Below are positions 55,869-64,000 of a stretch of 64,000 bases of DNA, piece after piece. The notes beneath the pieces were generated by a model, which had not been told where the DNA came from, made no database searches, and saw only the letters and a list, made by a program, of their open reading frames with translations. The position numbers and the translations under genes are program-made. Each line of letters starts with the position of its first letter. Position 1 is the first letter of the stretch. The DNA lies in the IMG/VR virus record IMGVR_UViG_3300046003_007892, positions 176,364 to 240,363 of that record, one strand, 5' to 3'.

Positions 55869-57100
55869 AGGCCCTGTTTGGCCAGCAGGCCGTTCAGGAA
55901 GTCGTTGGTGCGGTTCATGTCGAACCAGACCTTGACCCATTCTTCTTCGGTCGCGCGCAGGATGTCGCCCATGGCCTTGCCGGGCTTCATGCCACGGTCG
56001 ATCAGCATCGCCCCCGAGATCGGGAACACGCGGGGAGCCAGACGGCCCACCTTGTTGATCTGATCGGCCAGCGTATCGAAATCGAACGGCAGGCCACAGG
56101 CCCAGGTCAGGGCCATGCGGTCACGAACGGCCACGACGCCATCGCGGTAGATGTGCTGCTCGATGCTGTCGAACCACGCGTCTCCGCCCATCTCGGTGAA
56201 CGGTCCCTGCTTGATCGCGTTGGTGACCCGCTGACGCGAGGCGTTCGAGAACCGCAGGCGAGCCATGACGTCCCCGCAGGCCTGCATATCCCAGTTGAAC
56301 AGGGAGGCGAAGCGGGGGGCCCAGTCGGTCGTGGCTTGACAGACGCGGGTGAACACACGGGCGTCAAACGCGACCGGGAAGATGGTCGAGTAGACCTCGG
56401 TGCGCTGCATGGCCTCCAGAGCGGGGACGGGGTTGCCCGCGCCCAGCAGCTTGGAGATTTCCTTCTCGATGCGTTCGCCGGACAGGCTCGCGATTCCGTC
56501 CCGTTGCGCCTTGCAGGCGGCCAGGGCTTCGGCGGAGATGTCCGCACCCAGAACCGCCATGAAGCGGAACAGGCGCAGGCTGCGCAGGTGATCTTCGCGC
56601 AGACGCTGCTCGGCGTCGCCGACGAACTGGATACGACGGGCCTTGGCGTCTTCAATGCCGCCGCGCGTCGGGTCATAGACGGTTCCGTCCGGGCCCAGAT
56701 ACAGGGCGTTGAAGCGGAAGTCGCGACGTTGCGCGTCTTCGGCCCAGTCCTTCGTAAAGGCGATCACGGCGCGGCGGCCATCGGTCTCGACGTCGCGGCG
56801 CAGCGTCGTGAACTCGTAGGCGGTCTTGTTGATGATGACCGAGACCGTGCCGTGCTCGATGCCCGTGGGGATGACATCGAAACCTTCCAAGCGGAAGATG
56901 TCCGAGATCAGCGTGGGTTCCAGAGTGGTGGCGATGTCGATGTCGCCGCACTGGCGGCCCATGATGGAGTCACGCACGCACCCGCCGACGAAGCGGTAGG
57001 AATCCGCAGGCGCATGCACATCCATGATCGCGATGATCGATTGGATGGCCGGGGTCGAGAACCAATCCGGGCGCAGGGTCAGGGTCTTCGGCGTGCTCAT
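55865..57100 (-). CDS. cca: CCA tRNA nucleotidyltransferase (class II)
   Basis: FVGGCVRD, DIDIATT, GIEHGTV, EFTTLRRDVETDGRRA, DAQRRDFRFNALY, EDHLR.LR.FRF, SGERI..E..KLL. Confidence 0.92.
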   Translation of the reverse strand: MSTPKTLTLRPDWFSTPAIQSIIAIMDVHAPADSYRFVGGCVRDSIMGRQCGDIDIATTLEPTLISDIFRLEGFDVIPTGIEHGTVSVIINKTAYEFTTLRRDVETDGRRAVIAFTKDWAEDAQRRDFRFNALYLGPDGTVYDPTRGGIEDAKARRIQFVGDAEQRLREDHLRSLRLFRFMAVLGADISAEALAACKAQRDGIASLSGERIEKEISKLLGAGNPVPALEAMQRTEVYSTIFPVAFDARVFTRVCQATTDWAPRFASLFNWDMQACGDVMARLRFSNASRQRVTNAIKQGPFTEMGGDAWFDSIEQHIYRDGVVAVRDRMALTWACGLPFDFDTLADQINKVGRLAPRVFPISGAMLIDRGMKPGKAMGDILRATEEEWVKVWFDMNRTNDFLNGLLAKQGL

Positions 57101-57166
57101 CCCGTGTGTCTATTTGCCAGCACTGTTTTTGTCAAGGAAATTGATCTCGATGAACTGCTGTGGTAG

Positions 57167-57577
57167 ATGTATCTAATGGCCAAATCAGAATACGTTCTCC
57201 GCATCGAAGAGCAATACGGCGCGACCCACATCGCCTATATGGAGGTGAACGGGCGCGACATGGACGTCTTCTATCAGCCCAACCCCAAGACCGAACTCGG
57301 TCACTCGAACTATTTCGGCATTCTCATGCAGGGTTCGAGCTTGATGATCACTCAAGCGCGTCGTGTCCAGGATGAAACATACCCGGCCATCATCATCGAC
57401 AACACGCTGATGACCACCCTTCGGAATCATGACTTTCAGATGCACGCCAGTGGTGCCATGCTTGATGGCGGCCCCGGCTATGGACGCATCAATCCCGATT
57501 TCGCCCCCGATGGCGTTCTCCGGGTCGTGGGCGACAAACTCGCCTTCGTCGGCCGGGTCAAGCCAGACCCTAAATGA
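57167..57577 (+). CDS. Hypothetical phage protein
   Basis: DVFYQPNP...GHSNYFGI, LDGG.GY. Confidence 0.65.
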   Translation: MYLMAKSEYVLRIEEQYGATHIAYMEVNGRDMDVFYQPNPKTELGHSNYFGILMQGSSLMITQARRVQDETYPAIIIDNTLMTTLRNHDFQMHASGAMLDGGPGYGRINPDFAPDGVLRVVGDKLAFVGRVKPDPK

Positions 57578-57632
57578 CTCGTGGGCAACAAGCTCGTCTT
57601 CGTTGGACGCATCAAACCAGACCCCAAATGAC
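57525..57632 (+). repeat. 54-bp tandem duplication spanning a stop/start junction
   Basis: 57525-57578 vs 57579-57632, 9 mismatches. Confidence 0.85.
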
Positions 57633-58008
57633 CGCAGCAGCAAATGACCCTCGTATCTGTGAAGGCCGCAGTCGGTACTGGTGGTCGGGCTATGATGATC
57701 GCATGCGGGCGAAGCCTTACTCCATCCAGACTACTGGCTCGGATTGGCGGGCTGGGTGGGCGACTGCCGACCACTCACACAACGACATCGGCATCATGGA
57801 AGGGGTTGACTGCTTCCTGGTCAACATCCCCGATCTCAAAGACGTGCATGTCCTAAACGAGGTCGTAGAATGGATGAAAGCGAGGGGCGTTGAAACGCCA
57901 CCTCGCTCGTATGAACTTTGCTTGACTCGTGGGCGGGCGGGTCAACTGACGGTTTTTGCTCTTCCGACCTACGAACTCGCCTTCGAGTTTTTCGCCACGT
58001 TCGGCTAA
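57628..58008 (+). CDS. Hypothetical protein (start 57628 or 57574)
   Basis: ATGA overlaps; ends FALPTYELAFEFFATFG. Confidence 0.6.
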   Translation: MTAAANDPRICEGRSRYWWSGYDDRMRAKPYSIQTTGSDWRAGWATADHSHNDIGIMEGVDCFLVNIPDLKDVHVLNEVVEWMKARGVETPPRSYELCLTRGRAGQLTVFALPTYELAFEFFATFG

Positions 58009-58392
58009 TTAGTTGTCGTAGGGGTCGATGCCGTTCCACAGGTGATTGCCATAGGAATCGCCTGCGTTGTCCTGACCGTCTTCGCGATGAGTGATCGGGA
58101 TGCCCATACGGTCGGTTCCAGAATAACCGGAATGCCCATCGTCGCTATAGGCGGAGCCGACTGCACCCAGGCCGGGGTTCGAGATACCGGCGTTTTCCAG
58201 AGCCGCAACGGCGACGTTGTAAAGACCCAGAGCGGCGGCGGCATAGAGGAACAGCTTGGCGAGTTTGTTTTTCCCGCCGCTTTCTGCGAGAATTTTGTCC
58301 ATCGCCTCTGCGAGGAGGTCTTTCGACTTCGACTTGGATTTTGACTCCACGAGAGGCGTTTTGGCCTCGATGATGTCGATCAAATTTCTCAT
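58009..58392 (-). CDS. Small protein with LxE leader and hydrophobic helix
   Basis: MRNLIDIIE..PLVE..LLAE; AAAGGA RBS. Confidence 0.65.
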   Translation of the reverse strand: MRNLIDIIEAKTPLVESKSKSKSKDLLAEAMDKILAESGGKNKLAKLFLYAAAALGLYNVAVAALENAGISNPGLGAVGSAYSDDGHSGYSGTDRMGIPITHREDGQDNAGDSYGNHLWNGIDPYDN

Positions 58393-58417
58393 AACAGTGA
58401 TCCTTTAGGTTTTGATT

Positions 58418-58423
58418 TATTTA
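58418..58423 (-). promoter_or_regulatory. Putative late promoter TAAATA
   Basis: 25 nt upstream of ATG 58392. Confidence 0.5.
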
Positions 58424-58495
58424 TCTTTTCGCCAACGAAACGACGACGACAATCTCGTCAACCAAAAGAAAAATCGAAATGACGCATTTTTCGTA

Positions 58496-58524
58496 TTGCG
58501 TTCGTTGGGGCCGATGCGTAGAAA
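58496..58524 (+). promoter_or_regulatory. Putative promoter of large ncRNA copy 1
   Basis: TTGCGT-N17-TAGAAA, mirrored at 59559. Confidence 0.5.
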
Positions 58525-58530
58525 GAGATT

Positions 58531-58923
58531 GTTCCGGCGGCGGACGGCTTCGGCCCCCTCCCCAACGAGGTCATCGAAAGGCTTCCTCGTTGCACGCGAA
58601 CCTCGCTACTGACCGGCTTCGGCCGCCATCAGATCACGGTGAGGCCAGCACGGAGCGCGACCTACTGTGCTTCGGCATTACTGGTCGTATTCAGAACGGT
58701 CGCTCCGTTCTGGGTTCCGGTATACTCGCGCCGTAAGTGGTGAGTGGGCCAAGACAGGGCTCGACTGGTTTGAGACCAGCTTCTGGGGTTGAGAACACCC
58801 TGACCTGATGCGATAACCTCGCGAAGGTGAACAGACTCCGGCCTCTTTCTAGGGCCGCTGACATCGCCCAGCAAGGCATGCCCAGTTAAGGGCCGGAAGA
58901 CCTGAACCATCTTCCGGCCCTTA
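58531..58923 (+). ncRNA. Candidate large structured ncRNA, copy 1 (~390 nt)
   Basis: Three cUUCGg hairpins, multiple 5-8 bp stems, 14-bp terminal hairpin, homology to 59594-60002, no credible ORF. Confidence 0.65.
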
Positions 58924-58966
58924 GATTTATTTGGGGTCTGGTTTTGCTGTCTGGTATAACGGCGGC

Positions 58967-59176
58967 ATGATCACCAAGACCCTAGACGGCACACCGCTCA
59001 GCGAAGAAGCCGCACAGAAACTCGCGATGTTCAAGGCCATGGCGCAGGCCCGTCAGGACGCCATGGAGGAAGCCGAGCAGAATCGCTCGCGGCTCGACCG
59101 GAAAGGCGTGCGGGTCTTCACTGAAGCCGAGAAAGCAGCCTTCCTGGCGTCGCGCCCGGACCTCAAAGCCTCATAG
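58967..59176 (+). CDS. Small hypothetical protein, probably leaderless
   Basis: TATAAC 6 nt before ATG (MITKTLDG). Confidence 0.6.
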   Translation: MITKTLDGTPLSEEAAQKLAMFKAMAQARQDAMEEAEQNRSRLDRKGVRVFTEAEKAAFLASRPDLKAS

Positions 59177-59486
59177 TAAAATATTCCAAACAGCATTCCG
59201 TCCAACCATCGGCGTCCGGGATGTCTACCTGCATCACGCCGACGAGGTCGTAGATCGATATCGTGATATCAAACTTTGACTGGTCAGCGGGGAACGCCAC
59301 GCCTCGTAGAAATACGTTTGGATATGTTCGCCCACCAACGTGGTAAACGATTCGTGTCGGCTCGACTTTCCGATCTAGGGCGTAATCCATGGCAACCGCC
59401 CACAGGGGTCGGTCATCGACAGGGACTCGCAACGCCTCGACGCGGCAACTGGGGGCGTGGCGGAGTTCAGGCGTCATCGTTTTCAT
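59163..59486 (-). CDS. Hypothetical protein
   Basis: Start MKTMTPEL; TATAAAT upstream. Confidence 0.5.
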   Translation of the reverse strand: MKTMTPELRHAPSCRVEALRVPVDDRPLWAVAMDYALDRKVEPTRIVYHVGGRTYPNVFLRGVAFPADQSKFDITISIYDLVGVMQVDIPDADGWTECCLEYFTMRL

Positions 59487-59558
59487 CTCTAGGCTGGGCT
59501 GACATTTATACCCCAAATCGTCAACCCAAACAAAAATCGAAATCGCTGCATTTTCTTG

Positions 59559-59587
59559 TTGCGGCCCTCGGAGGAGATGGGTAGAAA
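59559..59587 (+). promoter_or_regulatory. Putative promoter of large ncRNA copy 2
   Basis: TTGCGG-N17-TAGAAA. Confidence 0.5.
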
Positions 59588-59593
59588 GAGATT

Positions 59594-60002
59594 GTTCCGG
59601 CAGCGGACGGCTTCGGCCCCCGCCGCCACGGAGAAACCCGAAAGGGCCAACACGAAGAAGGAAGGGGTTCGCCCCAACCCGAAGGAACTAAAGGACAGCG
59701 GATAACACCCGATGGCCTCAAGGACTGGAATACCGAAGTGACGAGAACGGCCCTCGAAACCGTTCGCAAGACCCTGGTCTCAAGTCACGTAGGATACGGT
59801 CTAATCCGAGGGCTCACATCGTAAAGTGGGCAGGCTCAGCTAGGGCCGATATACCGGTTTGAACCCCGGCTAGCTAGGGCCAGAAGCCCCTACCGTCTCA
59901 CGACGGAAATCACCTTCTAGGCCTCTTGCTTAGGCCTTATGTGACGCGAACGCGTCGCCCACATATTAAGGGCCCGTGGACATGATTAGCCACGGGCCCT
60001 TA
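59594..60002 (+). ncRNA. Candidate large structured ncRNA, copy 2 (~410 nt)
   Basis: UUCG and GAAA tetraloop hairpins, 13-bp terminal hairpin, homology to 58531-58923, no credible ORF. Confidence 0.65.
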
Positions 60003-60015
60003 GCTTGTCTGGGCC

Positions 60016-60021
60016 TAAATA
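60016..60021 (+). promoter_or_regulatory. Putative late promoter TAAATA
   Basis: 4 nt before ATG 60026. Confidence 0.6.
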
Positions 60022-60025
60022 TGAG

Positions 60026-61531
60026 ATGCGTCGGTTCATCGATCTCTCTGAGAAATTCCACCACGGCTTCGTCCCGACCTACAATCGCGGTAAGCCCTGC
60101 GAGGTGTTCAAGAACCCCGACCGGTCTGAGGTCCGCAAGCTGAAGGCCGATATGGATGAGGTTCGCGCCTATCTGGTTGGCGACGACATCTTTATGTGGA
60201 ACACCTATCAGTCCCTGCACCGCACGGTGCACGACGAACTCAAGCTTCCTGCTGACGCTCTCCCGATCATCATCTACGGCGACGTGGACGACGAGGCCTC
60301 GGTTGTGGTCACCGACGCGAGTAGGTCCACGGTCTGGCACCATAATGCCGAGACGCGTGGAGCCATCATGGCCCATCCCTACTTTGCCCGCTGCGAAGAC
60401 GTCGAAGTCTCTTACTATGACGAAGCCATCGTCGGACAATGGCATGACCCCAAAGGCGAGAACGAGGATTTCGTTGCTCATTTCATGGGTGATGAATACG
60501 GCGACGACAGTATCGACCATGGTGCCGAAGACCCCGACGACGATGGCTTCACCGACGAAGAGCGGGCCCTGCACGAGGGCATGGCCCTGAACCTCTTTGA
60601 ACTCTCGGGCCCGTCTCAAGAAGCAGCTAATCAGAAATTCGCCGCCTATGCGAAGAGCCAACGAAACGGCAAGCCCGAACTCTTCGGCACGTCACAGCGG
60701 GCCAACCCAGGCCTCTTTCACGGCACCGGCTATTTCACCTGGATGTGTGAGCACGTCGGTGATCTCTCCCACCGCATCGCCGACAACGCCGTCAACTCCA
60801 CCTGCGGGTTCGAGACCATGAACGAGAAAGTCGGGAAGGCTCTCGACAAGCTCCGCTCAGGCTCCTTCGGCCGCACGTTCGCGAGGACGGTAGTGGAAAA
60901 TGTTCGAAACAATTATCATTACGGAGTTGAGGTCGGTCGCACGACCGGCTCCTTCGAGGAGTTCGAGACCGAGTGGCGCGACGCCTCCAAGCTCTATGGC
61001 GCCGCACACGCTGCCCTCCAGCCCTTCAACGATGCCCAGATGCATTGTCGGGATGCGGCGGTCGCGCTCGGGAACCATGACTGGCTGAAATGCCTGAAGC
61101 ATCTCGAAGTCCTCGCGGCCCACCTCGTAGATCGCGAATCCTGGCAGGCCTACGCTGGGGCCTTGGCCTTCACTCAAAATGAGAGCTTTCGCGGACGTCT
61201 GCCATTCGACCCCGAAGACGCAGTGACGAACCCGAGCGCGAAACGTCTGATGGCCATGGTGAAGAATGCCACCCATCAGGATTTGCGCGGCCTCTACGAC
61301 GGAACCAACCTGTATTTCTGGGACGCCAGCCTTGGCGTTCACTCCCACGTCGCCCCGGCGATTGGTCTCGAATACGATTATCTCAAGAGGCTCAACGTCG
61401 ATATCGTTTACGGCGGCGTGGAGATCACATGGGACGAGGGTGTGCCCAAGGAGGCCATCGCGAAACGATACGGTGACCTGGGTCGATTCAAGACCGCCCA
61501 GACCTTCGAGTTCGAGGGTGCCCTGTCATGA
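60026..61531 (+). CDS. Modular putative virion-internal protein (A-B-A architecture)
   Basis: Leader MRRFIDLSE; two NP..LR..YFW modules flanking an EHVGDLSHR module. Confidence 0.75.
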   Translation: MRRFIDLSEKFHHGFVPTYNRGKPCEVFKNPDRSEVRKLKADMDEVRAYLVGDDIFMWNTYQSLHRTVHDELKLPADALPIIIYGDVDDEASVVVTDASRSTVWHHNAETRGAIMAHPYFARCEDVEVSYYDEAIVGQWHDPKGENEDFVAHFMGDEYGDDSIDHGAEDPDDDGFTDEERALHEGMALNLFELSGPSQEAANQKFAAYAKSQRNGKPELFGTSQRANPGLFHGTGYFTWMCEHVGDLSHRIADNAVNSTCGFETMNEKVGKALDKLRSGSFGRTFARTVVENVRNNYHYGVEVGRTTGSFEEFETEWRDASKLYGAAHAALQPFNDAQMHCRDAAVALGNHDWLKCLKHLEVLAAHLVDRESWQAYAGALAFTQNESFRGRLPFDPEDAVTNPSAKRLMAMVKNATHQDLRGLYDGTNLYFWDASLGVHSHVAPAIGLEYDYLKRLNVDIVYGGVEITWDEGVPKEAIAKRYGDLGRFKTAQTFEFEGALS

Positions 61532-61944
61532 GGCTTGCAGAGATCATGGAGCGGGCTGGCCCTCAGACCTACATTCGTTTCGGGGATATCCCGGCTAGCG
61601 GCCGATCTGGCATCGGTGCCTCGACGAACCAGTTCACGCATGCCCGGAGACGCGGTGACGAAGAACTAGGGGTGTCCGTCTACCCGGCTCGCTTCGACCG
61701 AGAGCTTCAGAAATGGATTCTGGACTGCAACAACTACGCGACGCTGGGCGAACTCGTCTCCCGTGAGCGACCCGCCTTCGTCGTGACTGGCGATCACGTC
61801 ATCGACCCCGATTATGAAGCCCCCGCTTACGGACAGGACAGCGAGCCCCTGTTGACCAATGTCCGGGTTCTCCGACCGGTCACCTACCAGGAAATCATCG
61901 CACCCGGCTGGGGCGAGACCTCAACCATAGACGAAATGGTCTAG
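61528..61944 (+). CDS. YIRFG/GVS/EPLL domain protein
   Basis: Leader MRLAEIME; ATGA overlap; homologous to C-half of 62654. Confidence 0.7.
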   Translation: MRLAEIMERAGPQTYIRFGDIPASGRSGIGASTNQFTHARRRGDEELGVSVYPARFDRELQKWILDCNNYATLGELVSRERPAFVVTGDHVIDPDYEAPAYGQDSEPLLTNVRVLRPVTYQEIIAPGWGETSTIDEMV

Positions 61945-62378
61945 AGGTAAGCCGCTTGATCTTCGCGGTGGATGGCGAAGCGTTCTCCCCACGACAGCCG
62001 GAACAGCATCCGGTCGGCGGCAGTGCCGAACACCATGAAACCGATGCGGGACCGGAAGTTAAGCTCCCACGTGCCCGAGATATTCTCGCTCAACCATATT
62101 CTCAGTTCCTGCCGGGGGACCAGTTTCTTTTCCCAGTTGACCGCCCAATAGCGCGCAGGAACCCAGACCTCGTGTTCGGCCAGTTGGTCGATCTCGTCGG
62201 TATAGGGTCCGGCTGGCATGGGGGCTCCGAGGAAAATGTCGCTGCGACCGGGTCTGGAGTTTTCAAGGGCAAGGCCCTCCCTGTTGTGAACGGCCTCCTG
62301 GCAGAGGCGATCACCGAGACGCTTACGGCGTTCCAAACCAGGGCTTTGCCAGTCCCTCGTTCTTCCCGCCACGTCCAC
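61941..62378 (-). CDS. Hypothetical protein (F...D..LF.L.WG family; start uncertain)
   Basis: Ends MVFGTAADRMLFRLSWG; upstream TTGACA-N16-TACAAG (62394-62421). Confidence 0.55.
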   Translation of the reverse strand: MDVAGRTRDWQSPGLERRKRLGDRLCQEAVHNREGLALENSRPGRSDIFLGAPMPAGPYTDEIDQLAEHEVWVPARYWAVNWEKKLVPRQELRIWLSENISGTWELNFRSRIGFMVFGTAADRMLFRLSWGERFAIHREDQAAYL

Positions 62379-62425
62379 CGCAGCAATGTCTTTCTTGTAA
62401 AGGAAATCGCGTGGCTGTCAAGCCT

Positions 62426-62587
62426 TTAGTGGATAGTCGCCGAGCAGGGCAGCATGATGAACTCGACGACGGACAGAGGACGACCAGGAACCACGGCGGG
62501 CGTCATGCCTGCGATGGAGGTCTCGATGTGAGCAGTGAGGACATCTCGCCAGTTGGCACCGAGGGGTTGGGGGCGTTCGTCTTTCAT
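62426..62587 (-). CDS. Small 53-aa hypothetical protein (below ORF-track cutoff)
   Basis: MKDERPQPLGANW..., AGGAG RBS, upstream TTGACG-N16-TACAAG (62612-62639). Confidence 0.5.
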   Translation of the reverse strand: MKDERPQPLGANWRDVLTAHIETSIAGMTPAVVPGRPLSVVEFIMLPCSATIH

Positions 62588-62643
62588 CGCAGTCTCCTGA
62601 ATTTCTCAATACTTGTAAAGCAAATGCAATAGCCGTCAAGGGA

Positions 62644-62649
62644 TAAATA
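62644..62649 (+). promoter_or_regulatory. Putative late promoter TAAATA
   Basis: 4 nt before ATG 62654. Confidence 0.6.
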
Positions 62650-62653
62650 TGCC

Positions 62654-63478
62654 ATGCGCGCCCACATCGATCTTGCAGCCAACATCCTGTTTGAAGACGC
62701 CGAAGACGATAAGCGTTCCTTCTGGCTCGAAATGCAGCCGCACTATCGCGGAACCGGAGATGCCCAATGGTCACCTTCGTTCACGTCCTGGCCACCTTCT
62801 CGCCAAGAACTCCTCTCCGCCGAGCGGCAGATCAACCAGCACCCAGAATGGATTGCCTACTGGGCTAAGTTCGGCTGGCGGTCATGGCAGGAAGCCGACA
62901 ACTACTACTACGACAAGCGAACACGCCGCGTCCGTTTCTACGATGTCCCCCACATCGCGAACATTCACGGAAAGTTTTCTCCAGATCGGGCATCCCTGGA
63001 GATCGACCTCGACGGAAACGTCCACGAGCGCGAATCCAAATACGCGCAGTTCTATATTCCGATGCCGTCCGCCATCCATGCCTGCATGGCAGTGGTGAAC
63101 AAGGTTCGGGCGAACCTCAAATATCTCGACGGGGAGTTCTACATTCGATTCGGCCGCTGGCGAGAGGGCGAGCAGTCTCGTAACGGCATCACGGGCGAAC
63201 TCGAAGCCGGAGTTTCGGCCTACCATGCCAACTACAATTTCGACGATGGTATGTGGGAGATCGACCCCACGGTCTCGGAAGAGTCGATCAACGGCACGAT
63301 GAACTCGTTCTTCTCCCGGCAGGACCAGAAAGTCTTCCTGGTTCAGGGACGGGAACTGGAGGAGTTGGGTTCGGATGATGAACCCCTCCTGAAGGACGTC
63401 CGTCTGATCAAGAAACTGACCATGCGCGACGTCTGCGTGCCGGGTATGTTCGACCCCGCTGATTTGTTTGACGTCTAA
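62654..63478 (+). CDS. Two-domain protein with C-terminal YIRFG/GVS/EPLL domain
   Basis: Leader MRAHIDLAANILFE. Confidence 0.7.
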   Translation: MRAHIDLAANILFEDAEDDKRSFWLEMQPHYRGTGDAQWSPSFTSWPPSRQELLSAERQINQHPEWIAYWAKFGWRSWQEADNYYYDKRTRRVRFYDVPHIANIHGKFSPDRASLEIDLDGNVHERESKYAQFYIPMPSAIHACMAVVNKVRANLKYLDGEFYIRFGRWREGEQSRNGITGELEAGVSAYHANYNFDDGMWEIDPTVSEESINGTMNSFFSRQDQKVFLVQGRELEELGSDDEPLLKDVRLIKKLTMRDVCVPGMFDPADLFDV

Positions 63479-63481
63479 ATA
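63476..63481 (+). promoter_or_regulatory. Putative late promoter TAAATA
   Basis: 4 nt before ATG 63486. Confidence 0.6.
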
Positions 63482-63485
63482 AGAG

Positions 63486-64000
63486 ATGCGAACTATCGAA
63501 CTTTTCGAAGCTCCCCTTGGACGGGTCCGTATCACCCGGACTCTCTCCGAAGACACGGCAGCGGCGCCGCCGCAGAAATGGCCCGCGCGTCTGGACGATT
63601 CGCGCATGATCGCCCGCTACATGGACAGCATCAGCAGCGACTACGTCGATGTCGATATGGTGGAGGAATACCTCCAAGGCGCACACGCCGATCTCAAGCT
63701 CGTCCCCATCGACGAACTCTCCGAGGGAAACCAGGACGCCAACATCCGAGACCCTCGCAAGGAAGCAAAATATTCGAAGCTCGATATGGCTACCATGCCG
63801 CCCCTGGTCGTACAGGACGGCGTCATCCTCGACGGTAATCACCGCTACCGTATAGCCAAAGCGAAGGGCGTCACCGCGCTGTGGTGCTATGTCTGCGACG
63901 ACTCCCTCACTGAGGTCGAGATTGGCGGCTACATCGAGAAGGGTGACTTTCCCGACAACCTCGACGACGACGATCTCTCCAGCGATCAGCTAGACCTGTC
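63486..64000 (+). CDS. ParB/sulfiredoxin-like domain protein, 3'-truncated (absent from ORF track)
   Basis: My translation: MRTIELFEAP...MPPLVVQDGVILDGNHRYRIAKAKG...LWCYV; open to window end. Confidence 0.75.
   Translation, partial: MRTIELFEAPLGRVRITRTLSEDTAAAPPQKWPARLDDSRMIARYMDSISSDYVDVDMVEEYLQGAHADLKLVPIDELSEGNQDANIRDPRKEAKYSKLDMATMPPLVVQDGVILDGNHRYRIAKAKGVTALWCYVCDDSLTEVEIGGYIEKGDFPDNLDDDDLSSDQLDL

Noticed and set aside
58531-60002. Annotation of the twin RNAs as RNase P RNA or group I introns
   Set aside because: No GAGGAAAGUCC P4 motif, no convincing P7/R/S elements, and they do not interrupt a gene.

Overview
This 64 kb window is GC-rich, densely coding DNA that reads as part of a jumbo tailed-phage genome with T4-superfamily-style gene expression. 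The host is probably an alphaproteobacterium, judged from the Caulobacter-like GroEL, class I LysRS and DUF4170 protein. No capsid, terminase or polymerase core genes are present. Recognisable genes include translation helpers (class I LysRS, ArgRS, CCA-adding enzyme), a TelA/vWA/TerC-like/TerD stress cluster and nucleotide metabolism genes (ThyA, DHFR, dCMP deaminase, MazG-like). Also present are NADAR, DUF262, AlkB-like, GNAT, glycosyltransferases, GroEL with a CIRCE-like operator, an HNH endonuclease, a hydrolase-PAAR fusion and two ~1380-aa repeat fibre proteins. Three unexplained signals stand out. (1) About 15 genes follow a TAAATA late-promoter motif, often placed 3-5 nt before the ATG. 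Their proteins start with M-R...[ILMF]-x-E leaders and are built from shuffled modules, including an Acb1-like anti-CBASS domain and ADP-ribosyltransferase-like domains, which suggests a virion-packaged, protease-processed effector arsenal. (2) There are four candidate structured non-coding RNAs: two homologous ~400-nt RNAs, a ~185-nt RNA, and a tRNA-shaped RNA whose anticodon loop is replaced by ~90 nt. (3) Several small paralogous protein families are dispersed across the window. All assignments come from reading motifs by eye; no database search or folding calculation was run.
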